Virus record (IMG/VR): IMGVR_UViG_3300020046_005360
Length of the DNA stretch: 64,000 nucleotides
Origin: a virus
Taxonomy: Duplodnaviria > Caudoviricetes
Direction: 5' to 3' (one strand)
Made by a program: the position numbers and the translations under genes. Positions 39,003-50,396 of the stretch are shown in pieces; position 1 is the first letter of the stretch; each line of letters begins with the position of its first letter. Under the pieces are notes generated by a model, which was not told the DNA's origin, did not search any database, and was given only the letters and a program-made list of their open reading frames with translations.

Positions 39003-40121
39003 TTAACTTACTTTAATTAAATCATTAATACTATTATTAATATTATTAACTTTTATTTTAAAAATATCGATTTCATATTCTTCACCTTTATTAACGTTAT
39101 TTAGGATGTTTTGGAGATTCTTAATAATTTCGAAATTATTATTATCCAAACGCAAACCATCGAATTTAATTACAATATCTTCACTTACTTCATCATCAAT
39201 ATGTTTTAATTTATATTTTATGGGAAATATTGTTGTTGGTTGTTCTTTTTCATAATAACTAGTTGTATCTATGTTAGTATATATCCCAAGACACCATGGT
39301 TCTAATACTTCTAATAATTGTTCTGTACAATTTTCAACAATAAACCCAATATCAAATTTGTTTTGTGAATTCATTGAACCCCATTTTCTCAAATAAGTTC
39401 TATTTGAATTACGTTCAATTTGTTGAGTTTTTGTTTTAGCTTCTTCACTAAATCTACTAGTTTTAGATACAAAATGATAAACAATTGAATCTAATGATGT
39501 AAAACAAGTTAATCCTTTTAATTTAAGACGTTTAATTAAATCATCATCTTCCGAAAAATACGGATTGAATATATTATCAAATCCTCCAATATCCAACAAG
39601 ATTTGACGAGAAAGACACATAAAAAATGAAACTCCATCACTAGTACCGTTTTGGTATTTAATTCTTTCTTGACTAGCGAAAGTATAGAAATCTTGACTAA
39701 ATGTCTCTATATCTGTACCAAAATCTTCTATAATTTTACCTGGTCTTTCGTGGTCTACGAATATTGGTGGTTCTATTGTAGTATAACTTATTACTCTGTC
39801 TTTATGAGTGTATTTTTCTAAATTTTCTAAAAAATTAGGAGCAACAACCATATCATTATGAGCAAATACTACGAAATCTTTAGTAGCAATTTCTATTGCT
39901 TTATTATATGTGTCCGAGAATGTTTTCCCTTCCTCCTCAAAAAATGTAATAGTATTAGGGTCATTTAGATTAAATAACCAAGAATTAGTTCCATCAGTAC
40001 TTCCATAAGAAACAAAAACCAACTCTTGAGTTGGATAGATTTGTCTAAACGTATTATAGAAATGTTGTGAGTATTCTAAGTTATTTTTAAGTCCGACTAG
40101 TGTGCTTATATTATTCCTCAT
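39003..40121 (-). CDS. glycosyltransferase family 2
   Basis: GSTDGT, HND, GGFD..F.PYFSEDDD, VYHF. Confidence 0.9.
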   Translation of the reverse strand: MRNNISTLVGLKNNLEYSQHFYNTFRQIYPTQELVFVSYGSTDGTNSWLFNLNDPNTITFFEEEGKTFSDTYNKAIEIATKDFVVFAHNDMVVAPNFLENLEKYTHKDRVISYTTIEPPIFVDHERPGKIIEDFGTDIETFSQDFYTFASQERIKYQNGTSDGVSFFMCLSRQILLDIGGFDNIFNPYFSEDDDLIKRLKLKGLTCFTSLDSIVYHFVSKTSRFSEEAKTKTQQIERNSNRTYLRKWGSMNSQNKFDIGFIVENCTEQLLEVLEPWCLGIYTNIDTTSYYEKEQPTTIFPIKYKLKHIDDEVSEDIVIKFDGLRLDNNNFEIIKNLQNILNNVNKGEEYEIDIFKIKVNNINNSINDLIKVS

Positions 40122-40365
40122 ATAATTTATAACTATTTCCTAACATTAATAATAAATTAGCGCAATCCGCTATATGTTCTTTAATTAATTTATATTCATT
40201 ATCGTACATAGCATTAACTAATTTATCTTCATGATATTTTAATTCTTTCAATATTTCTCTAGGATCGATAAAGTCTTCCCAATCCCCTTTATGAGAATTG
40301 TCAATTAATTCTTTTTGCATCTCTAGTGCAAAATTATATACTTTATCTTGCATAATTAAGACCAA
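40111..40365 (-). CDS. small all-alpha NTP-pyrophosphatase-like protein
   Basis: E..E..L...EHIADCAN. Confidence 0.45.
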   Translation of the reverse strand: MVLIMQDKVYNFALEMQKELIDNSHKGDWEDFIDPREILKELKYHEDKLVNAMYDNEYKLIKEHIADCANLLLMLGNSYKLYEE

Positions 40366-40546
40366 ATTTTGGATTTTCTATTTTTAGGAACAGCGGGAGG
40401 AGGTGGGAGTGCCTTTTTTCTAGGAATAGTACAAAAATTTTTTATATTTGTTTTTGTACTACCTTCAGTCAAATTTTTATATTCAATTTTACTACATTCA
40501 CACTCACATCTTCTTTCACCACATCTACTACAAGGATCATTCCAAC

Positions 40547-41434
40547 TCATAATGTTAATACTTTATTATATAATTCGTAATGTTGTTTACATACTATACT
40601 TCGTTTAAATCTATCCATTTTTGGTGGATATTTTAACGCAATGTCTAGTATCCTACCTTGAGGATCTACTTTATAAATGTAACTTGGTATACCACACATC
40701 CAACCTTCTATCGTAGTACGCCCACCAATACCTACTGTAAAATCAGCGTGTTTAACGTATTTTTCTGTATCATAACACGGATCTACGACTGTTATTAGTT
40801 TGTTGTTAAAATCGTGTTTACTATTTGATACTATGACGAGTTCGGTACCGTTTTGAATACATTCTGACACAACATGTTCAATCATTGGTCTACGTAATGA
40901 ATCATTAATTTCACCAATTAATGTTCCTGTTGGGTTGTAATAAATTATTTTATCAAAATCTAAATCCGCATCCTTATTAAATCTAGTTTCATCAATAGGG
41001 TTATATATCATTGATATATCCTTTGTTTTTATTCTATATTGATTTTTAAGGCAACGATATATATCAGGCTGTACTGATATGTAATGTTTTATTGATGGAT
41101 GTTTAATAGCCTCTTCACTTCTTAGTGCGGAATGGATTATAGATATCTTTGGTATATTTGGATAATAATGACATACTGCAGATGTTGGCCAAGGTTGCGA
41201 AACAATAATTAAATCGAAATTTTCTCTAATATGACAAACTTCATCCATTAATTTTACTTTTACTCCCAACTTTATTACATCTTTCCATAAATGGTAATCT
41301 AAATTAGGTTCTGTGGCTGTAGCTACAGTAATATCAAGATCTTTGTATTCAGTTAATCCTATTATTAGTTCGTGGTGATAGAGTTCACTACCACCGAGAC
41401 CATTCATGTTTTGGAAACTAATTAATATCTTCAT
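40547..41434 (-). CDS. GT-B fold glycosyltransferase-like protein
   Basis: MKILI...GGSE, IYNPID..RF, GR...EGWMCGIP. Confidence 0.75.
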   Translation of the reverse strand: MKILISFQNMNGLGGSELYHHELIIGLTEYKDLDITVATATEPNLDYHLWKDVIKLGVKVKLMDEVCHIRENFDLIIVSQPWPTSAVCHYYPNIPKISIIHSALRSEEAIKHPSIKHYISVQPDIYRCLKNQYRIKTKDISMIYNPIDETRFNKDADLDFDKIIYYNPTGTLIGEINDSLRRPMIEHVVSECIQNGTELVIVSNSKHDFNNKLITVVDPCYDTEKYVKHADFTVGIGGRTTIEGWMCGIPSYIYKVDPQGRILDIALKYPPKMDRFKRSIVCKQHYELYNKVLTL

Positions 41435-42080
41435 AATTTATTAGTATTTTATACCTTCCATAATGGTCTTGTAATTTTATATCAGTAATTCCCGCACGTT
41501 GTAATCCAATTTTATTTTCTTTCAAGAATTTTATTGGGTTACCCACATATATACATCCTGGTTCTACTTTGGTTGATTTTGTAACAATACCCCCCATTCC
41601 GATCATAGCATAAGAACCTATTACTGAGTATTGATGGCAGATTGAACCTAATGCCATATTAGCTCCTTCCATAACATGAGAATGTCCACCTAACAAAACG
41701 TTGCAACTTATAGTTACGTTGTTTTCTATAATTACGTCATGCCCACAATGGCTACCTCGTAACATAATATTATCATTTCCTATTACAGTATCTTGTTCTG
41801 TACCAGCATTTATTGTAGTGAATTCTCTAATAGTATTATTATTACCAATTACGGTTCCAAATGATGTACCACTAATGAAATATGATTTATGTTCTGGTAG
41901 AGAATTTACTATACAATGTGATTCAAATCTATTACCATCTCCTATAATAGTATTATCTCTAATAATACAATAAGGTCCTATATAATTATATTTACCAATT
42001 TCGACATAATCCCCAATTATTGCTGTGGGATGTATGTAATTACCATATATAGGTTCGTTGTATTTTTTTATAGATTCCAT
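41418..42080 (-). CDS. LpxA-like hexapeptide-repeat acyl/acetyltransferase
   Basis: IHPTAIIG, IGNNNTIREFTTINAGT, HCGHD, HQY. Confidence 0.88.
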   Translation of the reverse strand: MESIKKYNEPIYGNYIHPTAIIGDYVEIGKYNYIGPYCIIRDNTIIGDGNRFESHCIVNSLPEHKSYFISGTSFGTVIGNNNTIREFTTINAGTEQDTVIGNDNIMLRGSHCGHDVIIENNVTISCNVLLGGHSHVMEGANMALGSICHQYSVIGSYAMIGMGGIVTKSTKVEPGCIYVGNPIKFLKENKIGLQRAGITDIKLQDHYGRYKILINYEDIN

Positions 42081-42083
42081 AAT

Positions 42084-42728
42084 TTATTTATTATAATTTC
42101 CAGTTAAATAACTTTCATTCTGTTTTTGTTGTTTTTCGAAGCTCTTAATGTGTAGTAAATCATATTCACCTCCAATAGGTAATTCTGTTCTTACTTTATA
42201 ATTTATTATAGTTTCATGTACTTGTCCTCCCCACTCTATTCCGGGGCGATTTATCATGATACGATACTGGAAATCAGGATAATTTATACGCTCTTTAATA
42301 TCTTGACGCCACCCCATTTGTTTTACATATTCAGGTGTTATTCCTGTTACAAAATTAGCTCTAGGAACTCCAATTACATCGACTTCCGGATTTAATTCAA
42401 TTATTAATGGAAGGTTTTCAATTAAAATTGGATTTGGTATTTCATCTGCATCTAAGAAAAATAAATAGTCTTTACACAATGGATGACTTCTTAATTTATT
42501 TTTCCATTCTCCAAAATTCCCTCCAAACTTATCGTCTATCAGTTTGATATGTCGAGCTTTATGGAGATCTGTCAGAAATTCAAAGAATTCACTATATTTA
42601 GGACATTTATTAGTATCTACTAAAACGATTATATTATCTTCGTCACGTTTATTAATACGTAGAGTTTCATACAATTTTTTAAATTCAACTATTTCATTAG
42701 CAACAGTTATGGCGTATGTTATTCTCAT
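42084..42728 (-). CDS. glycosyltransferase family 2
   Basis: LFFLDADE, PD.QYR, W.G.VHE. Confidence 0.88.
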   Translation of the reverse strand: MRITYAITVANEIVEFKKLYETLRINKRDEDNIIVLVDTNKCPKYSEFFEFLTDLHKARHIKLIDDKFGGNFGEWKNKLRSHPLCKDYLFFLDADEIPNPILIENLPLIIELNPEVDVIGVPRANFVTGITPEYVKQMGWRQDIKERINYPDFQYRIMINRPGIEWGGQVHETIINYKVRTELPIGGEYDLLHIKSFEKQQKQNESYLTGNYNK

Positions 42729-42949
42729 AATGTATCTCCTTGTTTTAAATCTTTGACATCAAATGTAGGTACTTTAATATAAAATGTACTATCTTTATTT
42801 TTCACCCATAAAAACTCACTTCCTGTATCGGAATCTGGATTCTCTAATAATATAATTCCCTTACCTCTATATTGTTCGATAGGAATAATTTTCCTTTCAG
42901 TACATGAAATCAACAATATAAAACTTAATATTAATACGACTTTTTTCAT
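42725..42949 (-). CDS. putative lipoprotein
   Basis: MKK + hydrophobic stretch + LISC lipobox. Confidence 0.6.
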   Translation of the reverse strand: MKKVVLILSFILLISCTERKIIPIEQYRGKGIILLENPDSDTGSEFLWVKNKDSTFYIKVPTFDVKDLKQGDTL

Positions 42950-43746
42950 AATTAATAATCTATATGAATGAATATTGTTTCACCTTCTAATTCGGGATAT
43001 GTGTCTATTATCCAATTGGTCATATCAAAGTCATCATCAAATTCATCTTGTTGATCTCTTGATGTTACTTCATATTCAATATAACTATCACATGATGCTT
43101 CGTTCACAGAATAATTAGCTTCTGTTATCTCTTCTGGGATTTCACAATATGATACTACTTTTCTTGTTATTTCTTTATACATAATTATTTTTTAAATTCA
43201 ACAGATCCATTTTTACTTAATTCTTGTGAGTATTCAAATATAATTTGATAAGCTCTATATAAATCCATTTCACAGCTTCTATAATCAAATCTTTTATTAA
43301 ACATATCTAAAACTACGATTCGTAAAAATTCAGGTAATCTTATATCAGTTTTGAATAGTAGTTCATATGCTTTTCTTCTACCAGTAAAATCACCTATATC
43401 TAATATAGCTTCTTCTAATTCTTGTTTAGTATAGATCATTTAACGCATATCATTTAATAGTTTATTTAATATAATTAAAGCTTGGCGTTTTTCTGTGAAA
43501 GTATTTAAATCACCAACGAAATAATCTAATGCTTCAAAACTAGCATACTCACAAATATAATCATACTCTTCATCGGATATTCTCCAAGTAAACTTCATCA
43601 CATCATCAAAGGCATCCGTAATACCACCATGACCTTTATAAACAATGTCTGTTCTATTTTTACGAGATAATCTAGTCATAATACTTAATTTATTTCGTAA
43701 ATATACGAATATCTTATTAGTAAAAAAATTCCCTTTCGGGAATCTT

Positions 43747-44211
43747 TTATTCTAATAAACCCACTGAGGAGAGAGCATCTATAAATCCGTTTTGATTGAA
43801 TTTTTGTAGAGTGGTATTATCATTTTTAAATTTGATATATTCACCTGTTTTTGGATGTTTGAATCTTTCTTTTTCTTCTTCTGAAACAGGTATGGATTGC
43901 ATTGAAGCCCATTCCCAATCTGCAGCGCAAGTTCCTAAAATGAACACAATGCCTTTACCTTCTACATTTACTACTTGTGGGTACCAACATCTTCCTTCTT
44001 CATCCACAATTACAATATCTCGATAAAGTTCTGGTAGTGTTTCCTCATATTTTTCGATATCGAAACCTTCAGATTCCTTCATAAGATCTGTTGTCTCAAA
44101 TCCAGTTATTAACGATTTATATGAATTGTAATGTTCATTAATTGGTGTAATATAACAACTTTCAGGTAATCCGCTTAAGGGACAAGTCCCAATATAATCT
44201 TTTTCTATCAT
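43747..44211 (-). CDS. conserved phage hypothetical protein
   Basis: ORF track; terminator 43727-43743 downstream. Confidence 0.65.
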   Translation of the reverse strand: MIEKDYIGTCPLSGLPESCYITPINEHYNSYKSLITGFETTDLMKESEGFDIEKYEETLPELYRDIVIVDEEGRCWYPQVVNVEGKGIVFILGTCAADWEWASMQSIPVSEEEKERFKHPKTGEYIKFKNDNTTLQKFNQNGFIDALSSVGLLE

Positions 44212-45498
44212 TTATTTAACTAATTTAAGTTGTGGAAGTTTAAGTGAGTATGGAAGTATAATATTAGCGTCCAATACTTCTTGTATTTTTTCTTTAATTT
44301 TCGAAAAGCTAAAATTTTCTTTACAATAATAACTTAATCGTTTACCATTGTCTTTATATTTAGAATATTCTTCATGGTAGTCTCTCATTATTGCACCAGC
44401 ATGACCTAAATCCACACTATACCATTTCGAACCTTCAATTAACATATCTTTAACTTGAGCTGATGGGTGGATTGGTGTAAGTGTTCCTGGTAATAGAGTT
44501 GTAAATTTTGAATGGCAAAAATCTAATTGTCCTCCCCAACCTGACACAATTAATGGCTTTTTGGATTGAGTAAATTCTAGGAGTGGTTTACCCCAACCTT
44601 CACCTTTTGTAGTAGAAATCATTGCTTTTACCTTAGAATGATTATATAATTCATTCATTTCTTGGTCTGTAATTTCTCCATGAAATAAGTAAATATTAGG
44701 TAAATTAGTAGAGTTTACTGTTTTGCGAATATTTTCTATTCTTTTCAATATTTCTTCTCTATGAGGAATAGAACACGAACCTATTGAAGTTTTCAGAATA
44801 AGAGCCGGTTTATTTTTCTTGTTTTTAAATGTCTCGAAAAATACTTTAACTAATCCTGTTATATTCTTCCTATCTTCAGAAAAATTACCATTTAACCAAG
44901 TTCCTACATTTAAGAAACAGAAATCTTCTTTAATTAAATCTAATTCTTTTTTAATTTCGCTTTCACCATCTAAAAATGGTAAATATTTATATATTTCTTC
45001 AATAAATCCCTCTCCAATGATTTCTATAGGTTTTTCTACTTTAATTATACCTAGTGATTGTTGAGTATTATTATCCTTTTTCTCAAATTGAGAATTCATG
45101 AATGTATCTTTAGAATGTTTAGACGGAACAATATTTAAATCCATCTTATTAATTCCTTCAATCCATTGTGGTGCGCAAACGTCCGTTTCTATTCCAGCAG
45201 TCCATCCAATATTATAACCGCCAATAGCTTGGAATTCGGTTGGTATTGTATGCCAAATCATGATATCAGGTTTATATGTTAGGTTTTCAGATAAGATATA
45301 TTCACTTAAAAATCCCCAATCTTCTAAGTTATCTTTAATGAAACCTGAGGGTAAATTACCCCACCCACATGATATAATTTTTATATCGAATTTATCTTTA
45401 TATAACTCTATTAATGACTTTGCTATACCACGCCCACAAGCGGGATATCCTCCATATACATCAATACTAGAGTATAATACTAATTTTGGTTTATTCAT
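44212..45498 (-). CDS. glycosyltransferase family 4 (GT-B)
   Basis: RKNI, GEGWGKPLLE. Confidence 0.88.
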   Translation of the reverse strand: MNKPKLVLYSSIDVYGGYPACGRGIAKSLIELYKDKFDIKIISCGWGNLPSGFIKDNLEDWGFLSEYILSENLTYKPDIMIWHTIPTEFQAIGGYNIGWTAGIETDVCAPQWIEGINKMDLNIVPSKHSKDTFMNSQFEKKDNNTQQSLGIIKVEKPIEIIGEGFIEEIYKYLPFLDGESEIKKELDLIKEDFCFLNVGTWLNGNFSEDRKNITGLVKVFFETFKNKKNKPALILKTSIGSCSIPHREEILKRIENIRKTVNSTNLPNIYLFHGEITDQEMNELYNHSKVKAMISTTKGEGWGKPLLEFTQSKKPLIVSGWGGQLDFCHSKFTTLLPGTLTPIHPSAQVKDMLIEGSKWYSVDLGHAGAIMRDYHEEYSKYKDNGKRLSYYCKENFSFSKIKEKIQEVLDANIILPYSLKLPQLKLVK

Positions 45499-45500
45499 TT

Positions 45501-46925
45501 TTAATATACTAATGGGTGATTAATCTTATTTTCTTTAATTCCTTCAAATTTGATTAACTCAAATGATTTGCGTGGTTTCCATACTTTCAATGTTTCATCA
45601 ATACCTTCAATCATATTCTTACACATATTTTTTGCGGACATCATAGATTCATCTGATTTGGCCCATTCTCTACCTTTTAATCCTTTGAATTTGCGTTCTT
45701 CTGGATGAAGGCTGTATACTTCTTCAATAGCTTTAGTTAAATCACGGAAATCTAAATGAGTATCCCAAATATATGGTGTTGCTGGTGAACCTACTAATGA
45801 TAAGTTTGAAGGGAATACAGGTACTGCCCACTCTCCATGTTTTTTATATCTTCCGAAATGGTTTGATTGAAATTTACTATCAAATTCAATCCATTTTCCA
45901 TTTTGTCCAACAAATCTCATTTGATCTTGCATTCCACCAGTAACGTTAGCTATAATCATTTTGCCAGCCATCATAGATTCTGTTAAACTCAATCCCCACC
46001 CCTCATTTGATGAAGGCAAAACAGTTACATCAGCTATATTATATAGTTGATTCATACCCGCATCGTCTAACTTTTTATGAGTAAAATATACGTTAGATTT
46101 TTTACCAAACAACATTTCTCTTACTGCTCCTAAATCTGTACCATTATTATCAACAACATCAGTATGAAGTAATAATGCTGTGTTACGTTGTTGATCAGGA
46201 GTTAATTTATCTTGGAATAATTTCCAAGCAGCCATAAGATCTGATGGGCATTTTCTTCGAATATTTCTTGAATTAAATAATGCAACAAATTGTGGGACAT
46301 TACCATTGAAGTATTCGGTTTTTGTTTTGTTAATTAGTTCTAAATCTTCTATTGGATAAAACTTATTTTCATTAATTCCATGAGGGATATATCTAAGTGT
46401 TTTATTTTTAGCTAAATCTCCTAATACCATTTTATGGATATTATCAGTTTGTTTTGAAATACCAAACAATGAATCACAACTATCATAGGCTGCTTTATTC
46501 CATAATGGAGTAGGTAATTCATCCCAAATAGAATAATACATTATAGGACATTGTTTACGAATTTCATTTTCTATACTAAATAACCATTGGTAAAAACGAG
46601 GGTCAGTAAAAATTAATACACCATCAGGTTTATCATTTTTTAATATATGTCTCATTAAATTTACGTCACCATAACCGTTAAAAGGATATAGAATAACTGA
46701 AGAGTCCTCATTACCAGACATTTTGTTAATCTGTTCAGAAACGTCGATTCTTTGTCCCGCGTTTGGGTGATCTATTCCTGCGGCGATGTTAATATAGTTG
46801 TATTTATGGGAAGTTCCTACTATGATTTCTCTAGCCATAGTTGCGATTCCCGAAAATAAAAAAGGATCATCTGCAATAAATAATATAGTTTTTCTTTGGT
46901 TTTTAGGTATGTAACCTTCTTTCAT
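45501..46925 (-). CDS. glycosyltransferase family 4 (GT-B)
   Basis: RNIRRK, SSNEGWGLSLTESMMAG. Confidence 0.9.
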   Translation of the reverse strand: MKEGYIPKNQRKTILFIADDPFLFSGIATMAREIIVGTSHKYNYINIAAGIDHPNAGQRIDVSEQINKMSGNEDSSVILYPFNGYGDVNLMRHILKNDKPDGVLIFTDPRFYQWLFSIENEIRKQCPIMYYSIWDELPTPLWNKAAYDSCDSLFGISKQTDNIHKMVLGDLAKNKTLRYIPHGINENKFYPIEDLELINKTKTEYFNGNVPQFVALFNSRNIRRKCPSDLMAAWKLFQDKLTPDQQRNTALLLHTDVVDNNGTDLGAVREMLFGKKSNVYFTHKKLDDAGMNQLYNIADVTVLPSSNEGWGLSLTESMMAGKMIIANVTGGMQDQMRFVGQNGKWIEFDSKFQSNHFGRYKKHGEWAVPVFPSNLSLVGSPATPYIWDTHLDFRDLTKAIEEVYSLHPEERKFKGLKGREWAKSDESMMSAKNMCKNMIEGIDETLKVWKPRKSFELIKFEGIKENKINHPLVY

Positions 46926-47577
46926 AATTTATTTTATTAATTTTTATATAACGATTTGTATATGAGCATAGTGGTTGAAAATTAGTATAATGATTTAACC
47001 GGATTATATCCTCTTCTGTTTTGGCACTTGATATTGGGATTATATGGTCTATATCCCAACCATAGTTTAATTCACCATTGTATAATCCTTGGTTTTCCCA
47101 AGTCATCCAAGGTTCGAATTTCGATTCAAGATATTGTTTAAATTCTTCAAAGGTACAACCTAATATTTGATAACTTCTAGGATTTTTTGTAAATCCATTA
47201 TTTCTAAAACTCGAGGATATTAAAGAAATAATTAGTCTTTTAGTTCTATATATAGTATCTTCTTGATATTTAATCCTTAATGATTGATTAATTTTATTTC
47301 TATTTTCAGATTTATATATTTTATTTTTAACCTTCCATAAATCTTTATTATTTTCGTAATTTTCTTTATCCTTTTGTTTATAATATTCAGGATTTAATAA
47401 TTGATGTTCTTTAACATTATTTCGAACTCTTTCTTTATTCTCAGGTTTAGATAAATAATTACTAAAAGCTTTACTACAACAGGACCTACAGCGAGAATTT
47501 AAACCATCCTTCTTACTTTTATCATTAGAATAATTATCTAATGATTTAGGTTCATTACATTTTTTACACGTTTTCAT
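46903..47577 (-). CDS. HNH/endonuclease VII-like homing endonuclease (WDIDHIIP family)
   Basis: CKKC...CRSC; MTWEN...WDIDHIIP...LNHYTNFQPL. Confidence 0.85.
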   Translation of the reverse strand: MKTCKKCNEPKSLDNYSNDKSKKDGLNSRCRSCCSKAFSNYLSKPENKERVRNNVKEHQLLNPEYYKQKDKENYENNKDLWKVKNKIYKSENRNKINQSLRIKYQEDTIYRTKRLIISLISSSFRNNGFTKNPRSYQILGCTFEEFKQYLESKFEPWMTWENQGLYNGELNYGWDIDHIIPISSAKTEEDIIRLNHYTNFQPLCSYTNRYIKINKINYERRLHT

Positions 47578-47620
47578 ATCATGAATATATAACCTTTATT
47601 TTACTAATCCAAATTTATTT

Positions 47621-47800
47621 TTAAAATTCTAAATCATTAGTGTTGTGTAATTTTTTTCTAAATTCATCATCATTTAAATAGAGAAATATAGATCTATCTA
47701 CTAATTTTTGTAGTGAAAATTTGGATGACACACATTTAATTTTGAATTGATCAAAAGTATCAGGATTTACCTTAACGCTAGTTAAAATTTTAGGCTTCAT
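47621..47800 (-). CDS. ribbon-helix-helix-like small DNA-binding protein (59 aa, not in track)
   Basis: MKPKILTSVKVNPDTFDQFKIKCVSSKFSLQKLVDRSIFLYLNDDEFRKKLHN... Confidence 0.65.
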   Translation of the reverse strand: MKPKILTSVKVNPDTFDQFKIKCVSSKFSLQKLVDRSIFLYLNDDEFRKKLHNTNDLEF

Positions 47801-47838
47801 ATTTATACGTTTTTTATTTTACGTATATAAATATATAA

Positions 47839-48816
47839 CTAAAAGATTTCGAATGGGGAAGGTTGTTTTTTAAATGGAGTACCTCGATTACAATGTTGGT
47901 CTAAATCTTTATATGGACAGAACCCACAATTAAATTGTGATATTTCTTTTTTAAATTTAGTTTGTCTTATTACACCATGTTCATCAAAAGTTGAATTAGC
48001 AAAGTTTTCTAACATAGAATATGCTTTAACTATTTTACCTTTACCCGAAGCAGGAATAAATGATTGGAATCGTTTTTCAGGAAAATCACTATCTTCCTTA
48101 ATTTTACGTTTTAATATTAAAAACTTAACCTCAATATTTTCTATAGGAAAGTTGAATTGTTCAGAGAATAATTTTTTATATAATAATAATTGAGCTAGTT
48201 TACCTTCATCTTTTTTAGCCTTATCATACCAAGCTTTAGTTGATGTTTTTAAATCTATTATTTCAATAGTATTGGTTGGTTCATGATATAAAACTAAATC
48301 TAAGAAACCATTATAAAATACATTCGGTAATATATTATGAGATATAGGTACTTCACATCCAACTAGATGCCATCCTTTTTTAGAGAAGTAACCACCTACT
48401 TTATTTTTAAAATATTTTAAAATAGCAATACCATCTTCACAAAATTCATCCAATTCTTCAGGAGTTGAGAAATGTTTCTTGCCGTTTTTTTCATATTCAT
48501 CTAAATACAACGATTTAAGTTTTTGACGGAAAGTCATTATAAGATCTAGACGATCTGCAGCAGCTTTACTTTGTTCGTAATATATAGTAAGATATGATTG
48601 AATTAACTCATGACACGCAACCCCAAATATTAAATTAATGGATGGATCAGGAATTTTGATTTTATCACGATAACGAAGACCCCATCTATACGAACATTGT
48701 CCGAATATAGTCATTTGTGAATGACTTATTATACTTTGGCAAGACCAATCTATTGGAGGTGGTTTATACGCTTTTACCTGTTTAATTATATCAGGAATTT
48801 TTTGAGTTTTAGCCAT
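47839..48816 (-). CDS. PD-(D/E)XK Cas4/RecB-like exonuclease
   Basis: ISHSQ..C, G...H, GFLD, IIDLKT, QL.LY, C-terminal CxxCP.....C. Confidence 0.88.
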   Translation of the reverse strand: MAKTQKIPDIIKQVKAYKPPPIDWSCQSIISHSQMTIFGQCSYRWGLRYRDKIKIPDPSINLIFGVACHELIQSYLTIYYEQSKAAADRLDLIMTFRQKLKSLYLDEYEKNGKKHFSTPEELDEFCEDGIAILKYFKNKVGGYFSKKGWHLVGCEVPISHNILPNVFYNGFLDLVLYHEPTNTIEIIDLKTSTKAWYDKAKKDEGKLAQLLLYKKLFSEQFNFPIENIEVKFLILKRKIKEDSDFPEKRFQSFIPASGKGKIVKAYSMLENFANSTFDEHGVIRQTKFKKEISQFNCGFCPYKDLDQHCNRGTPFKKQPSPFEIF

Positions 48817-49527
48817 ATTTTATTTGGAGATTTAAGTTAACCTAACAGACGATCTTAATGGGTATTTCGAGGTTACTGGTTTGTTAACACTACTATTAAC
48901 CTTTTTTCGTATCTCCTTTATAGTTTTAAAAATTTAAAATTTACTGAATTAAAATCAACTCCAGGTCGTTCAACTAATTCAAGTGTACTACTTGATCTAC
49001 CAACATTCATTGATTTTAGAGTGAATGGAGTATTAATAGACATTCCATTTTTATATAATTTATGGCTATCAGATTCATATCCATTATGCCAAGTTTCTCT
49101 TGTAATAATTAATTTAATTTCGTTTTCTTGAAGAAATTGATAATCTTCCGGTCCATTTTCTCCCATTCCAAAGTAATTCATTCGGAAATAAATCCCCATT
49201 ACTTTTTCTTCTAATAAATCGTCTATTTCTAACATTTTTCAGAAATTTTATATTTTTTAGATAATTCTTTAGCAAATTGGTCTGCGTCTATAGGTTTAGG
49301 ATAAATTCCATCTGGTCTCCATGATTCCCATTGATAGTTCCAATTTCGGAATTCTTCAACTAAATCCCCCATTAAAGTTTCATCACTTTTTACAAAATAT
49401 TCATCTAATATGTCTTCTTCGAAGTTATCTTGTGTAGTAGTTTGATGAAAGAAACCTATTCCCGAACGATCACTAACTTCAATGTTAATATCATTTAATT
49501 CTTCATATTTTTTTCTAGAATCACCCA

Positions 49528-49935
49528 TTATTTTAGTAATTTAGTTATTTCTTTTTCGGATAAACCCGTTTGTTGTAATATTTTAATAATTTTTGGTTCA
49601 TCCAACACACATAAACCGTCTAAAACCTCGCGGGAACTAATTGAATAATACGCAGCCAATTTATCTATGACGTCCTTGCTATACTCTTTTTTCTTCGCTT
49701 TAATCCATTGAAACCAACGTTTCTTTTTTGGTAAGTTAGTTAAAAAGAAATTATAATGGTCGCGATTAGGTACCTGCTGCTTCTGTACCTCATTAACTAT
49801 TTCAATCAAAGTTGGATCCATACTTAGCCATAGATTGGTTATAAAAGGGAGGTATGTTTTCTGTTCATCCTTGGAAAATGAATTCCAAGGAGTTTTAAGA
49901 ACAGTAAAATGATTAATCCAATCTCCAGGACTCAT
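49528..49935 (-). CDS. clamp loader small subunit (T4 gp62-like)
   Basis: Y.PFI.N.WLS...Y.F....LPKKKRWF.WIK...YYSIS.RE. Confidence 0.75.
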   Translation of the reverse strand: MSPGDWINHFTVLKTPWNSFSKDEQKTYLPFITNLWLSMDPTLIEIVNEVQKQQVPNRDHYNFFLTNLPKKKRWFQWIKAKKKEYSKDVIDKLAAYYSISSREVLDGLCVLDEPKIIKILQQTGLSEKEITKLLK

Positions 49936-50396
49936 ACTAATTTACTTTCTAATATTGATAATATACTATTCCAATATGAATATCGATTATGCCATTCAGC
50001 ACTATAACCGTTGGATGAAATATATAGAGCCTCTTTAGCTAATTCAATAGCACTTAAAGTTTTTAATTTTTCAACCTGTTCATATTCTAATCCCCATATA
50101 TTATCATATAAGGGTTCGAATCTAGATCTTATTTCCTCGGCTCGTTCTTCTTTAGTTAATTTATTCTTCATCTCCTAACATTCCTATTAATTCCGTAGGT
50201 AAACCCTCTTTGCAGATCTTACCAGTTTCAGGACAATAGAAAATATCGATAGGAATTATAGCATCACGATCTCCCCCTGTCAAAAAACGGGATGCTTTAC
50301 GTAATAGTACACCTTGATGCCAAATTTTTCCACCTGATGGAGTTAATATCTCGGTTGTTTTTCTAATATCTAACGGTTGTGTTTGTTTTTCCATTT

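Noticed and set aside
47839-48816. Cas4-like gene as evidence of CRISPR-Cas
   Set aside because: Solo Cas4/RecB-like nucleases are common in phage replication modules; no array or other cas genes seen.
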